32,000 nt of DNA, from positions 3,000,001 to 3,032,000 of the forward strand of contig NC_003272.1 in assembly GCF_000009705.1 (NCBI RefSeq), in the 5' to 3' direction. This DNA is from Nostoc sp. PCC 7120 = FACHB-418. Lineage in GTDB: Bacteria; Cyanobacteriota; Cyanobacteriia; Cyanobacteriales; Nostocaceae. Position numbers and translations under genes: made by a program. Shown here in pieces: positions 1 to 10,133 of the stretch (the first letter of the stretch is position 1; every line of letters begins with the position of its first letter). The notes beneath the pieces are model-generated. The model saw nothing but the letters and a program-made list of their open reading frames with translations. It was not told the DNA's origin and did not search any database.

Positions 1-1127
1 GGATCAATGCCATGCTTGTTAATATCCCTGTCATTGGGAGTGAGGTATTTGGCGATTGTAACTGCCAATCCTGAGCCATCATCTAGAGGACGGACTGATT
101 GCACTAAGCCCTTACCAAAAGTTTGAGTACCTACAATAACAGCACGCTTATTATCTTGCAATGCGCCGGAGAGAATTTCACTAGCACTGGCTGAACCTTT
201 ATCCACCAAAATTACTAAAGGTTTGTTTGTCAAAGCGCGTCCGTTCGCCACTTCTCTTTCCCGTTCTCCCTGACGGTCAACAGTAGAGACAATTGTGCCT
301 TTATCCATCCACATCCGGGCAATTTCTACACTGGAAAAGAGCAAACCACCCGGATTACCACGTAAATCTAGAATATAACCAGCTACTTGTTGTTTTTCTA
401 GATTTTTGATGGCTTCCTGCATCTCTTTACTGGCATTAGCACTGAACTGGTTCAGGCGAATGTAGCCCACTTTGCCAACAGCAGTTGGTTTTTGAGAATA
501 GCGCACCGGATGAATTTCAATCCGCGCCCTTACGATTTTAAATTGTTTTTCTTGATTGTTGCGCTGAATTGTCAAGGTTACTTGTGAGCCGGCTGTACCT
601 CGGATCAAATTTACGGCTTGATTAGTATCCATCCCCTTGGTGCTTTTGCCGTCAATTTTGAGGATGACATCTTTAGCTAGAATCCCAGCTTTAAAAGCTG
701 GGGTGTCTTCAATTGGTGCAATCACTACTAATTGCTTCGTTTTTTCATCCTGACTGATGGTGATGCCAATCCCTGTAAGTTCCCCAGAGGTATCCACCTG
801 CATATTCTTGAATTCCTGAGGGTCCATAAACCGGGTGTATGGATCATTCAGGCGTTTGAGCATTTCCCGTATGGACTTATAAGCTTCCTGCTGGTTACTG
901 TAGGACTTGTTTAAGTATTCCTTACGAACAGCCTGCCAATCAACTTGGTTAAAAGTGCCGTCTACGTATTGACGCTGAACGATTTGCCATACTTCATCTA
1001 CCAATTCCTTGGGACTTGCTTTAAATAAAGCCTGACCGCGCGAGTGGATGCCAAGGCTAGTAACTGCGATCGTGGAGAGTGTCACTGCCGTAGCACCCAA
1101 AACAAGCCTACTTTTTGTAATCACCAT
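1..1127 (-). CDS. Carboxyl-terminal processing protease, peptidase S41 (Ctp family). Partial: the C-terminus lies beyond the left edge of the window.
   Basis: Absent from the ORF track because there is no stop codon in the window. Reading the minus strand from ATG at 1127..1125 gives MVITKSRLVLGATAVTLSTIAVTSLG (signal/anchor). A PDZ-like segment follows (GIGITISQDEKTKQLVVIAPIEDTPAFKAGILAKDVILKIDG). S41 motifs are present: GNPGG, DKGSASASEI (catalytic Ser) and TFGKG (catalytic Lys). The frame stays open to position 1. Confidence 0.9.
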   Translation of the reverse strand, partial: MVITKSRLVLGATAVTLSTIAVTSLGIHSRGQALFKASPKELVDEVWQIVQRQYVDGTFNQVDWQAVRKEYLNKSYSNQQEAYKSIREMLKRLNDPYTRFMDPQEFKNMQVDTSGELTGIGITISQDEKTKQLVVIAPIEDTPAFKAGILAKDVILKIDGKSTKGMDTNQAVNLIRGTAGSQVTLTIQRNNQEKQFKIVRARIEIHPVRYSQKPTAVGKVGYIRLNQFSANASKEMQEAIKNLEKQQVAGYILDLRGNPGGLLFSSVEIARMWMDKGTIVSTVDRQGEREREVANGRALTNKPLVILVDKGSASASEILSGALQDNKRAVIVGTQTFGKGLVQSVRPLDDGSGLAVTIAKYLTPNDRDINKHGID

Positions 1128-1328
1128 AATGACAGCTGCGTCAGAGGGAAAGATTTATAGTCAGTATGCTCAATCTAACACAGGGTAAAGTGTAACGACC
1201 GAGGATGTATTCCTAACTTCATCAAAATACTTTGTAATCCGGCGACCTAGCCGATTGTTGTTTACAGAAAGTTTATGAATCAATGTGGGAGTAGAGAGTT
1301 ATTACTTCCCTCTGCTCCCCTGCTTCCT

Positions 1329-2555
1329 CTAAGGATCTACCCAACGACCATCAGCTTTAATTAAGTTAATTAGTTCCTCAACGCCTTTATCTTCTGGGAC
1401 TTTTTTAATTTCTTCTCTGCCACGATATAAAGAAATGTAACCAGGAGTTTTACCTACATAACCGTAGTCAGCATCAGCCATCTCTCCTGGGCCATTGACA
1501 ATGCAACCCATGACAGCAATGTCTAGTCCTGTGAGGTGTTTAGTAGATTCACGTACTTTATGTAATACTTCTTCTAAGTTAAATAAAGTACGTCCGCAGG
1601 AAGGACAGGCTACATATTCCACCATTGTTTTCCGCAAACCTAAAGCTTGCAGAATGCTGTAACAGACGGGAATTTCCTTTTCCGGTGCTTCTGTCAGGGA
1701 GACGCGAATAGTATCGCCGATACCATCAGCTAATAATGTGGCAATACCTGCTGTGGATTTAATCCGTCCATATTCACCATCACCAGCTTCGGTGACACCT
1801 AAATGTAAGGGGTAATCCATTCCTAAATCATCCATGCGTTTAGCCATGAGGCGATAGGCGGCTACCATCACGGGAACTCGTGAAGCTTTCATGGAAATGA
1901 CTATGTTACGGAAGTCGAGAGATTCGCAGATGCGAATAAATTCTAAGGCAGATTCCACCATGCCTTCTGGAGTGTCGCCGTAAGTAAATAACATTCTCTC
2001 AGCGAGAGAACCGTGATTGACACCAATACGCATGGCTTTACCTTGGTCGCGCAGGGTAATTACCAAGGGTGCGAGAGTTTCGCGGATTTTTTCGCCAATT
2101 TCCTCAAATTCGGCTTGAGTATATTCAGTTCTATTGGTGTTGGGTTTTTCAAACACATACAAGCCGGGATTTATCCGGACTTTTTCTATATGTTTGGCAA
2201 CTTCCAGGGCAATTTTCATTCCATTGTGATGTACGTCAGCAACAATTGGCACATCTTGATAAGTTTTAATGAGTTTTTGTTTAATTTCTGCCAACGCTAC
2301 GGCGTGAGCTATGCTCGGCACTGTGACACGGACGATTTCACAGCCAATTTCGTGCAAACGCCGAATAGCGGCTACAGAACCATCGATATCAAGAGTGTCT
2401 TCGTTAATCATCGACTGCACCACCACAGGGTAGCCACCGCCGATGGTGACATTACCCACTTTCACAGGACGGGTTTTACGACGCTTGATTGTAGTATCAA
2501 AGGTGGCTTGGTTGGCTGTATTACTGGATGTTGTGGGTGTCGGCAGAGTTTGCAT
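1329..2555 (-). CDS. ispG: 4-hydroxy-3-methylbut-2-en-1-yl diphosphate synthase (MEP pathway, IspG/GcpE)
   Basis: 408-aa ORF with an ATG start. It carries typical IspG blocks: [30 protein letters not shown], and the C-terminal Fe-S Cys motif ACPSCGRT...GCIVNGPGE. Confidence 0.95.
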
Positions 2556-2796
2556 AACCTTAATTAGGTGGATTTGCTGTAGTTAAAATATCAGATTTAA
2601 AAGCCTATGTTTCTCAGATTGCCACAGTGGGAGCTTTTTTGAACCATGAAATGGAAAAAATCATGATCAAGAAAGGTAATTGACATTTTTATAATTCATT
2701 GTCCCACTTGAGATGAGATATTGCGATCGCCTAATTTATTACGAAGAATCCCGATCAGGTTAAACTATTCTGATAAAACTGTTACTTGCCGAAGCG

Positions 2797-4845
2797 ATGA
2801 GCCTCTGCATAAACCCTCAATGCTCAAAACCACAAAACCCTGATAATGTCCTGTTTTGTCAGACTTGTGGCTCAGAATTACTCCTGGAAGGACGCTACCG
2901 AGTAGTTAGTGTTCTGGGAGGTGGTGGCTTTGGTAAAACTTTTGCAGTCAACGATACACGTACTCAAACAGCTAGAGTCCTCAAAGTCCTAATTAACAAT
3001 CATCCCAAAGCGGTGGAGCTATTTCAACGAGAAGCCCAAGTTTTAGCTCTACTCAATTATCCTGGAATCCCGACAGTAGAAGCCAACGGTTATTTTGTCT
3101 ATTTTCCGCGAAATATTCAAGAACCAATGCACTGTCTGATCATGGAAAAAATTGAGGGTTTAGATTTAGGTGAATATTTAAGACAAAGAGATTATCGACC
3201 CATTGACGAAAAGTTAGCCTTGCAATGGTTCAAAGAAGTCGTGACCATTCTCCATCAAGTCCATCAGCAAGGCTTGTTTCATCGAGATATTAAACCATCA
3301 AATATTATGTTGAGGGCTGATGGTCGTTTGGTGCTAATAGACTTTGGTACAGCGCGGTCAGTGACAGGAACTTACATAGCCAAGCAAGCGGTGGGACAGG
3401 TTACAGGCGTTATTTCCGCAGGTTACACACCTTCAGAACAAATTAACGGTCAAGCTGTACAGCAGTCAGATTTTTTCGCCTTGGGACGTACTTTCATTTA
3501 TTTACTCACAGGAAAAGAACCATCTGACCCAACAATTTATAATTATTTAAAAGATGAATTACACTGGCGTGATGGGCTACTCTCCAGTGAAAGCAATAGT
3601 GTTCCGCCTACTGTAGGCTATGGCGTTCCACCCACCGTAGGCGATCGCACAAATATTCTGCCACAGTTTGCAGATTTACTTGATCAAATGATGGAGCGTT
3701 TACCCGGTCAACGCCCACAAAATACCCATATAATTTTGCAACGGTTAGCAGATATTGAAAAAAATTTGCACCCATCCTCACCGCCGCCACCAAAACCAAA
3801 AGGATGGACGAGACGACGGTTAATTACAGTAGTTGGCTTCAGTAGTCTAGGGTTAACTGGGGCTTTAGCTATATCTAGATTATTACCAAAGACGACTGTT
3901 ATTGTGTCTCAAGAAGGCGGTGGCGACTATAAAACGATTGGTGCAGCGATGCAAAATGCTCAACCAGGGATGCGTATTTTGGTACGTCCTGGTCTCTACC
4001 AAGAAAGTTTAGTACTCGACAAAGCATTAAAAATTATTGGTGATGGGGCGAAGGCGGAAATTATCATCGAAAGTAAAGGTGCAAGTTGCCTTGTAGTGAA
4101 AACTGACCAAGCTGAAATCAGAGGTTTGACTTTCCGTAGTCGTGCGGGAACGGAAAATAAGCAATATTTTGCTGTAGATATATCTCAAGGACAGATAATT
4201 TTAGCAGACTGTGATATTACATCTGATTCATTGTCGGGAATTGGTATTCATGGTGCTACAGCTAACCCAGTCATTCAAAAATGCCAAATTCACGATGGTA
4301 AACAAAGTGGAATTTATCTGTATGAAAATAGTCGCGGAACAATCGAAGATTGTGATCTCTTTGGGAATACAACTACAGAAATCACAGTTGATGCAGCACA
4401 ACCGATAATTCGTCGCTGCAAAATACGCCAAGATAAAGAAGGCGGTATTCTATTTCGTAATCAGGCTCAAGGAACTGTAGAAGATTGCGATATCTTCAAC
4501 AATAATCTATCAGGCATAGAAATTAGGGATAGTAGCAACCCCATCATTCAAAAATGCCGAATCCACGATAACCAACAAGGTGATGGTATCTTAGTTCACC
4601 TCAACGGACGTGGGACAGTGGAAGATTGTAATATTTTTGGTAATGGTTTTTCTGGTGTAGAAATTAGAGACAGGGGAAATCCTGTAATTCGTAGATGTAA
4701 TATCAATAAGAATAAATATTATGGTGTGTACGCGTACAAAAACAGTATGGGTACAGTGGAAAACTGTGATTTAACTGGTAATATTCGCAGTGCTATTAAT
4801 GTCGATGAAACTTCTCAATTACAGCGTAGCGGCAATGTAGAGTAG
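2797..4845 (+). CDS. Membrane Ser/Thr protein kinase. It has an N-terminal 4-Cys zinc-ribbon prefix, one TM helix and a C-terminal right-handed parallel beta-helix (PbH1/CASH-type) repeat domain.
   Basis: The N-terminus reads CINPQC..FCQTCG. Hanks kinase motifs are present: GGGGFGKTF, VLKVL, HRDIKPSN, DFG, and GYTPSEQ (APE-like). A Pro-rich linker (PSSPPPPKPK) is followed by a TM segment LITVVGFSSLGLTGALAISRLL. After that come about 8 periodic units of the type GTVEDCDIFxNxxSGIEIRDxxNPIIxKCxIHDN. Confidence 0.85.
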   Translation: MSLCINPQCSKPQNPDNVLFCQTCGSELLLEGRYRVVSVLGGGGFGKTFAVNDTRTQTARVLKVLINNHPKAVELFQREAQVLALLNYPGIPTVEANGYFVYFPRNIQEPMHCLIMEKIEGLDLGEYLRQRDYRPIDEKLALQWFKEVVTILHQVHQQGLFHRDIKPSNIMLRADGRLVLIDFGTARSVTGTYIAKQAVGQVTGVISAGYTPSEQINGQAVQQSDFFALGRTFIYLLTGKEPSDPTIYNYLKDELHWRDGLLSSESNSVPPTVGYGVPPTVGDRTNILPQFADLLDQMMERLPGQRPQNTHIILQRLADIEKNLHPSSPPPPKPKGWTRRRLITVVGFSSLGLTGALAISRLLPKTTVIVSQEGGGDYKTIGAAMQNAQPGMRILVRPGLYQESLVLDKALKIIGDGAKAEIIIESKGASCLVVKTDQAEIRGLTFRSRAGTENKQYFAVDISQGQIILADCDITSDSLSGIGIHGATANPVIQKCQIHDGKQSGIYLYENSRGTIEDCDLFGNTTTEITVDAAQPIIRRCKIRQDKEGGILFRNQAQGTVEDCDIFNNNLSGIEIRDSSNPIIQKCRIHDNQQGDGILVHLNGRGTVEDCNIFGNGFSGVEIRDRGNPVIRRCNINKNKYYGVYAYKNSMGTVENCDLTGNIRSAINVDETSQLQRSGNVE

Positions 4846-4906
4846 GTAGAAACCTCAACAAATATCCTCAGTATTCCAAACAACACAGTATTACACCAGT
4901 ATCATC

Positions 4907-5386
4907 ATGAGCAACATTCCCCAAGCCGGACAGCCAGCACCAGATTTCTCAACTCCTGACCAGAACGGTAATTTAGTGAGTCTGAATGATTTTCAGGGTC
5001 AATGGGTTGTCATATATTTCTACCCCAAAGATGACACCCCTGGGTGTACCACAGAAGCCAAAGATTTCACAGGTTTACATCAGGAATTTAATCAATTAGG
5101 AGCAAAAATTTTAGGAGTCAGTCCCGACTCTGGTAAGGCACACTGCAAATTTATTGACAAACATAATTTATCGATTAACCTATTAAGTGACCCTGAACAT
5201 CAACTCATAGAGGCCTATGGTGCTTGGCGGTTAAAGAAATTTATGGGCAAAGAATATATGGGTGTAGCGCGTTCAACTTTTCTGATATCAACTGATGGCA
5301 TCATCGCCTATGCTTGGCCTAATGTCAAAACTAAAGGTCATGCTCAAGCAGTGTTAAATAAGTTACAAGAATTAATTAATAGTTAA
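4907..5386 (+). CDS. bcp: Thioredoxin-dependent peroxiredoxin, BCP/PrxQ type
   Basis: 159-aa ORF with an ATG start. It contains the AhpC/TSA peroxidatic-Cys motif FYPKDDTPGCTTE, and its length and fold pattern are typical of BCP. Confidence 0.9.
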   Translation: MSNIPQAGQPAPDFSTPDQNGNLVSLNDFQGQWVVIYFYPKDDTPGCTTEAKDFTGLHQEFNQLGAKILGVSPDSGKAHCKFIDKHNLSINLLSDPEHQLIEAYGAWRLKKFMGKEYMGVARSTFLISTDGIIAYAWPNVKTKGHAQAVLNKLQELINS

Positions 5387-5405
5387 ATTAGGTTATGACA
5401 AATAT

Positions 5406-5442
5406 CAGCGCAGTAAACAGTCATTGACTGATGCTGCGTTTT
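5406..5442 (+). terminator. Probable intrinsic terminator downstream of bcp
   Basis: An imperfect stem (cagcgcag..cagtca / tgactg..ctgcg) is followed directly by TTTT. It lies 20 nt after the bcp stop codon. Confidence 0.4.
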
Positions 5443-5621
5443 GTATATTTTTATAATAGATACTACATGACAAAATTTTTACATACAATAAATAGATATA
5501 GTGTTTCTTGATTTAGTTAGTACACCTCGTTGAGTTTAAGAGCTAGAGACTAGGGTTAGAGGCTTGTGGTGTCTGAAATTTATGTAATTAGGAAGTGCTT
5601 AAGTTGTTTGTTTGCTGAAAT

Positions 5622-5843
5622 ATGGTTCAATTTATCCCAGCAAAAAATATCGGACTTGGTTATCTGCAAGAAAGATTTGGTCTGCGATTATCAGCAGATG
5701 AAGTTTTTTTCAAGGAATGGTTTGATTCATTACCAGAAATCACCGATTTAGAAAAGCAATATTTAGACAGAGTTAAAACCAATTTCCTAAATTTAGTACA
5801 AAGACCAGCAATTCTAGAGAATGCTTTTAAAACGAAAAAATGA
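5622..5843 (+). pseudogene. Short ORF (73 aa) that looks like only the N-terminal part of a longer cyanobacterial hypothetical-protein family. Possible gene remnant.
   Basis: The translation ...LQERFGLRLSADEVFFKEWFDSLPEITDLEKQYLDRVKTNFLNLVQRPAILENAFKTKK* matches, from memory, the N-terminal pattern (F.EW...LPE.TD.EK..LD..K..Y) of proteins of about 200 aa or more that are common in Nostocales. Here it stops abruptly and no continuation is visible in any frame. No search was done. Confidence 0.3.
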
Positions 5844-5900
5844 ACTATATGAAGTCCTGGCAATATTAAAAAAATTAAGTCAAATATTAAGTTAATACCT

Positions 5901-7067
5901 ATGTCTAATCGTCCTATATATCTTGACTGCCACGCTACCACACCTCTAGATGAACAAGTATTAGCAGTAATGCTTCCCTACTTTACAGAAAAATTTGGCA
6001 ACCCGGCTAGTATCGGTCATATTTACGGTTGGGAAGCAGAAGCGGCTGTGAAACAAGCACGGGAAATTTTAGCAGCAGAAATTAACGCTAGTCCAGAAGA
6101 AATTATCTTTACTAGTGGGGCTACAGAAGCGAATAATTTAGCAATTAAAGGTGTAGCTGAGGCTTATTTTCAAAAAGGTCAGCATATTATCACTGTTGCA
6201 ACGGAACATCATGCTGTAATTGACCCTTGTGAATATTTAAAAACACTTGGTTTTGAGATAACTATTTTGTCAGTCCAAGCAGATGGATTAATTGATTTAG
6301 CCCAATTAGAAAAAGCTTTGCGTCCTGAGACAATTTTAGTATCGGTGATGGCGGCTAATAACGAAATTGGTGTGTTGCAACCTTTGGCAGAAATTGGGGA
6401 GATGTGCCGCACTCACAATATAATTTTTCACACAGATGCAGCCCAAGCTATTGGCAAAATTCCTCTGGATGTGCAAGCGATGAACATCGATTTGATGTCT
6501 CTGACAGCCCACAAAGTTTACGGGCCTAAGGGTATTGGTGCATTATACGTCCGCAGGCGCAATCCCAGAGTCCAACTCGCACCCCAGCAGCATGGCGGCG
6601 GACATGAACGGGGGATGCGTTCTGGGACGTTGTACACACCGCAAATTGTCGGTTTTGCCAAAGCTGTAGAAATCGCCCTCGCAGAACAGACAACAGAAAA
6701 TCAACGCCTCACTCAGTTAAGGGATAGATTGTGGTCACAACTTGCACAACTGGAAGGAATACACCTCAACGGACATCCCACCCAGAGACTAGCCGGAAAC
6801 TTGAATATCAGCATTGAAGGTGTTGACGGCGCTGCACTCCAGTTGGGTTTACAGCCTGTTGTGGCTGTGTCTTCCGGTTCCGCTTGTTCCTCCACCAAAA
6901 CTGCGCCCTCCCACGTCCTCACAGCCTTAGGAAGCCCAGAAAAGCTAGCCTATGCTTCAATTCGCTTTGGTATTGGACGCTTTAATACAGCAGAAGAAAT
7001 TGATATAGTAGCGAAACACGCGATCGCTACTATTCAAAGTTTACGCAAACAAGCAACTTTGGTATAG
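5901..7067 (+). CDS. Cysteine desulfurase, NifS/IscS family (class V PLP aminotransferase)
   Basis: 388-aa ORF. It begins IYLDCHATTP and has the PLP-lysine context SLTAHKVYGPKG and the active-site Cys loop SSGSACSS. Confidence 0.9.
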   Translation: MSNRPIYLDCHATTPLDEQVLAVMLPYFTEKFGNPASIGHIYGWEAEAAVKQAREILAAEINASPEEIIFTSGATEANNLAIKGVAEAYFQKGQHIITVATEHHAVIDPCEYLKTLGFEITILSVQADGLIDLAQLEKALRPETILVSVMAANNEIGVLQPLAEIGEMCRTHNIIFHTDAAQAIGKIPLDVQAMNIDLMSLTAHKVYGPKGIGALYVRRRNPRVQLAPQQHGGGHERGMRSGTLYTPQIVGFAKAVEIALAEQTTENQRLTQLRDRLWSQLAQLEGIHLNGHPTQRLAGNLNISIEGVDGAALQLGLQPVVAVSSGSACSSTKTAPSHVLTALGSPEKLAYASIRFGIGRFNTAEEIDIVAKHAIATIQSLRKQATLV

Positions 7068-7099
7068 ACAACAATTTATTCCCAACCGTCAACCGTCAA

Positions 7100-8071
7100 T
7101 TAATAAGGGTCTGAATCGAACCTCCCCCGTTTCACACTCCTGAAGTAATAACCCCTGGCTGGTGGGTTATTCAAGTCAAAAGTTTCGCCACAGGGGACGC
7201 GCCAAATTTTGTAGTCGGAATATGTCAGTGGTGTTCGGGGTTTGCATATTTCTGGGGGATGGTCGCCTAAGACGAAATAGGCGGCATTTCTCCCCAAGAC
7301 TTTTGCCTTACCATATTTATCTACAACAACTGATGTCTCCTCACTAATGGCTATCCCTAAGGCACTTCTAGACACACCATCTTGAATTTGTCGGGCAATA
7401 AAAGCCATTATCCGTCCCATGCGCTTACGACTATCAAAGTGGGTGTCGATAATGGTTCCTCGCAAATGTGACCATTGGAAGAAGTTGTAGGTAAAGGTAA
7501 TATTCTGGTAAGGGTCTTCAAGTGCGTCTTTGGTTTCGATGGGGTCTTCACAAGCACAAGCGTCGTAGATGAAATCACTCATAATCATCGCTCCGGCACT
7601 AGTGCCGCCAACGGCTCCGCCTCTGCGGTAAACTGATGCTACAGCTTTCTCTAACTTGGTGTTTTTCCAGCTACGAATATATTGGCATTGGTCACCGCCT
7701 GCAAAGAAAACTACACCAGCATTGAGGACTTTCTGGACAATATCATCTCTGTTAGCATCTTGGCGATTGCTGATAACCAGCGTCTGCACGGAGTTTACAC
7801 CGGACATTCGATAAATCAGGTGATTGTAGTCATTCCCGCCGTAAGCGCGGAGAACAACAACGTTAACCTTAGCGGTTCCCCTGACTTGGTGAATCATCCA
7901 CTGAATAGCCGCTTCCACATCCGGGCCGCCCCCACCTAAGTTAAGGACAGGGCCAGCTAGGGCAGGAAGAACCTCGACAGTGTTGCCCTGAAACAAGAGT
8001 TTCAGGTATGCTGTAAGACGGGATATAAAATTCTTCCAGCACTTTGCTATATTTGGGAATGCCCTTGTCAT
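7100..8071 (-). CDS. Peptidase S51 / cyanophycinase-like (class I glutamine amidotransferase-like fold) protein
   Basis: Motifs present are NLGGGGPD, FFAGGDQ and the nucleophile-elbow-like GGTSAGAMIM. The track ORF starts at a TTG (8089). An in-frame ATG at 8071 (MTRAFPNI...) is the more conservative start. Confidence 0.7.
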   Translation of the reverse strand: MTRAFPNIAKCWKNFISRLTAYLKLLFQGNTVEVLPALAGPVLNLGGGGPDVEAAIQWMIHQVRGTAKVNVVVLRAYGGNDYNHLIYRMSGVNSVQTLVISNRQDANRDDIVQKVLNAGVVFFAGGDQCQYIRSWKNTKLEKAVASVYRRGGAVGGTSAGAMIMSDFIYDACACEDPIETKDALEDPYQNITFTYNFFQWSHLRGTIIDTHFDSRKRMGRIMAFIARQIQDGVSRSALGIAISEETSVVVDKYGKAKVLGRNAAYFVLGDHPPEICKPRTPLTYSDYKIWRVPCGETFDLNNPPARGYYFRSVKRGRFDSDPY

Positions 8072-8235
8072 ACGAACCTTTTGGAGCAAACTGCAACTAT
8101 TGCTTAATTTCGCACTCCAAAGGCTAAAATTCCCAGCGTACAGGGCTTGTACTGTTTGTTAGCGCTGGATAACGCCAAGTAATTATTGATTCCCTGAGTT
8201 CGTCTGCGAAAACCCCAGCTTATCTTTACATTTTG

Positions 8236-9423
8236 TTACCATTCAACTTGCGATCGCTCTTTCACCACTCGTTGATAAACAGCTTCGGTTTGTTGGGCTA
8301 ATTTTGGCCAGCTAAAGCGATGTTCTAAATCCTTATAGGCGTTATCAATCAGCCATTGACTATAACCCGGATTTTTCAAAACTTCTAGAATTCCCCAAGC
8401 CAAAGAATCGTGGTTATTCACCCAAGTTACGATACCTGTTCGGGTATGTTGCACTACCTCAGGGAAGCCGCCTGTATCGGATACCACTACGGGAACCCGC
8501 GAGGCGAAGCTTTCTAAAGCTACAATCCCAAAGGGTTCATAAAGGCTGGGAAATACTGCACAATCAGCCACAGTTTGGAATTTGTCCAAATATTCATCGG
8601 AAAGAAAACCAGTAAAGTAACATTTGTGCCAAATTCCTAAATCCCAAGCCTGGCGTTTGAGATTATCAGTATTACCACCACCAACAATCACAAATTTCAC
8701 GTAGCCGCCCATCTCCGATAGAACTTTGGGAGCTGCATTGAGCAAATTTGATACACCTTTTTCATAGGTCATGCGACCAACGTAGTAGACAATCTTCTCA
8801 TGGTCTTCGGCAAATTGACGACGAAAATCTTGAGCATGAAAATCTTCGTGGTGCTGTTTCTTTTCTGGTCGGATACCGTTATAAATCACATCGATTTTAT
8901 CCCAGGGACTTTCTAAGGTGCGCTCTACTTCTTGGCGCATATAGTTGGTACAGACGATAATTCGCCAGGCGTTGTAGGCGAGTAAGTTTTCTTTAGTGTG
9001 GATATAGCGTTGGGTTTCGTTGTGAATACCGTTGTAGCGTCCGTATTCTGTGGCGTGGATGGTAGCAATCAGGGGAATTTTAAAGTTATGCTTGAGAGCG
9101 ATCGCTGCATCTCCTACTAGCCAATCATGAGCATGGATTAAATCAAAGGGCCCTTCCTCAGCAATTAACTTCCCACCATGATGTCCCATGCTTTGGTTCA
9201 GATTGACCACCCAGTGAAAAAAGTCATGACTATAAGAAACTGGTACTCGATGTACGTGTATTCCCTCCACGACTTCGTACATCGATGCTTGACCGACTTC
9301 TACCGTAATTAGATGGATTTCATGCCCTAGCTTTACCAGTTCAGGGTATAGTTCCGCTACATGACGAGCAATACCGCCAACTATTCTCGGTGGAAATTCC
9401 CAACTTAGTACCAATATCTTCAT
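8236..9423 (-). CDS. Glycosyltransferase family 4 (GT-B fold, group 1)
   Basis: 395-aa ORF with an ATG start. The N-terminus MKILVLSWEFPPRIVGGIARHV is typical of GT4. The C-terminal half has the E-x7-E-like region FPSLYEPFGIVALESFA. Confidence 0.8.
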   Translation of the reverse strand: MKILVLSWEFPPRIVGGIARHVAELYPELVKLGHEIHLITVEVGQASMYEVVEGIHVHRVPVSYSHDFFHWVVNLNQSMGHHGGKLIAEEGPFDLIHAHDWLVGDAAIALKHNFKIPLIATIHATEYGRYNGIHNETQRYIHTKENLLAYNAWRIIVCTNYMRQEVERTLESPWDKIDVIYNGIRPEKKQHHEDFHAQDFRRQFAEDHEKIVYYVGRMTYEKGVSNLLNAAPKVLSEMGGYVKFVIVGGGNTDNLKRQAWDLGIWHKCYFTGFLSDEYLDKFQTVADCAVFPSLYEPFGIVALESFASRVPVVVSDTGGFPEVVQHTRTGIVTWVNNHDSLAWGILEVLKNPGYSQWLIDNAYKDLEHRFSWPKLAQQTEAVYQRVVKERSQVEW

Positions 9424-9949
9424 TGACTAGACTCCCCAATGCTTTCAGCAATTAAAAATTAAGAAAACTCCTAATGGTCAGCATTTTGGCTTTTGTGACC
9501 TTGGAACGTAAAAGAACGTTAGCTGATAAATATCTAAAAATATGAGATTGACACTTACACAGAATTTGGTTACTAAAATTTTCGGATTTTTTTACATTTT
9601 TTGCGGTTTTGGTGAGAAAAAGTTATGCGGGCTTTGATGAAGGTCTTTAGATTAGCCGATTAAAGCCAAACTAAAATGAAGTCTCTTACCCCCCACCAGT
9701 AGATGGAGTGTAAAATCTAAGATATAAAATTAGAAAAGCTTATAGTATACATTTTTCCACTAATAACTATCAAAAGGAACAATTTTGAATTTTGATGGAG
9801 TCTAATTAGATATATTTTTACGTGTATTTACGTACACCAAAAATTAGTTTTTACAATATCTAGATTTGAATCTTGATGATATCCTATCAGCGCAGGCATA
9901 TCATTAGTTATTAGCTGAAGTTAATACTAGTTATGGTTGTTTAAAAGTG

Positions 9950-10000
9950 AAGTGACAAAAAATACAAAAATGTAGAAGGTACATTCTGCCCTTCTACATT
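9950..10000 (-). terminator. Rho-independent terminator for lepA
   Basis: A perfect 9-bp stem, tgtagaagg (9971-9979) / ccttctaca (9990-9998), can extend by A-T pairs. On the minus strand it is followed by TTTTTGTATTTTTTG. It lies about 135 nt downstream of the lepA stop. Confidence 0.7.
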
Positions 10001-10133
10001 CTTGGTTAGCATGATTGTGATTAAATGCGCTGCATAATTTTCCGATGGTTCACCTAATGCAGATACGCAAGATGAGATGTCAAGCCTAGTTAGCTGGAAA
10101 GATTGCCAAGCTAGGAACACTAAGCTATTATCT

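Noticed and set aside
2013-2567. A 184-aa plus-strand ORF, and a 66-aa ORF at 2069..2269, antisense to ispG.
   Set aside because: They lie entirely within the well-supported ispG CDS on the opposite strand. The translations are low-complexity with no motifs. This is the typical shadow ORF of a GC3-biased gene.
9822-9837. The palindrome GTGTA-tttacg-TACAC in the 710-bp spacer upstream of the glycosyltransferase gene, considered as an NtcA/CRP-family site.
   Set aside because: Read as TGTA-N6-TACA, the spacing is not the N8 of the NtcA consensus. It is a single occurrence in very AT-rich DNA and could arise by chance.
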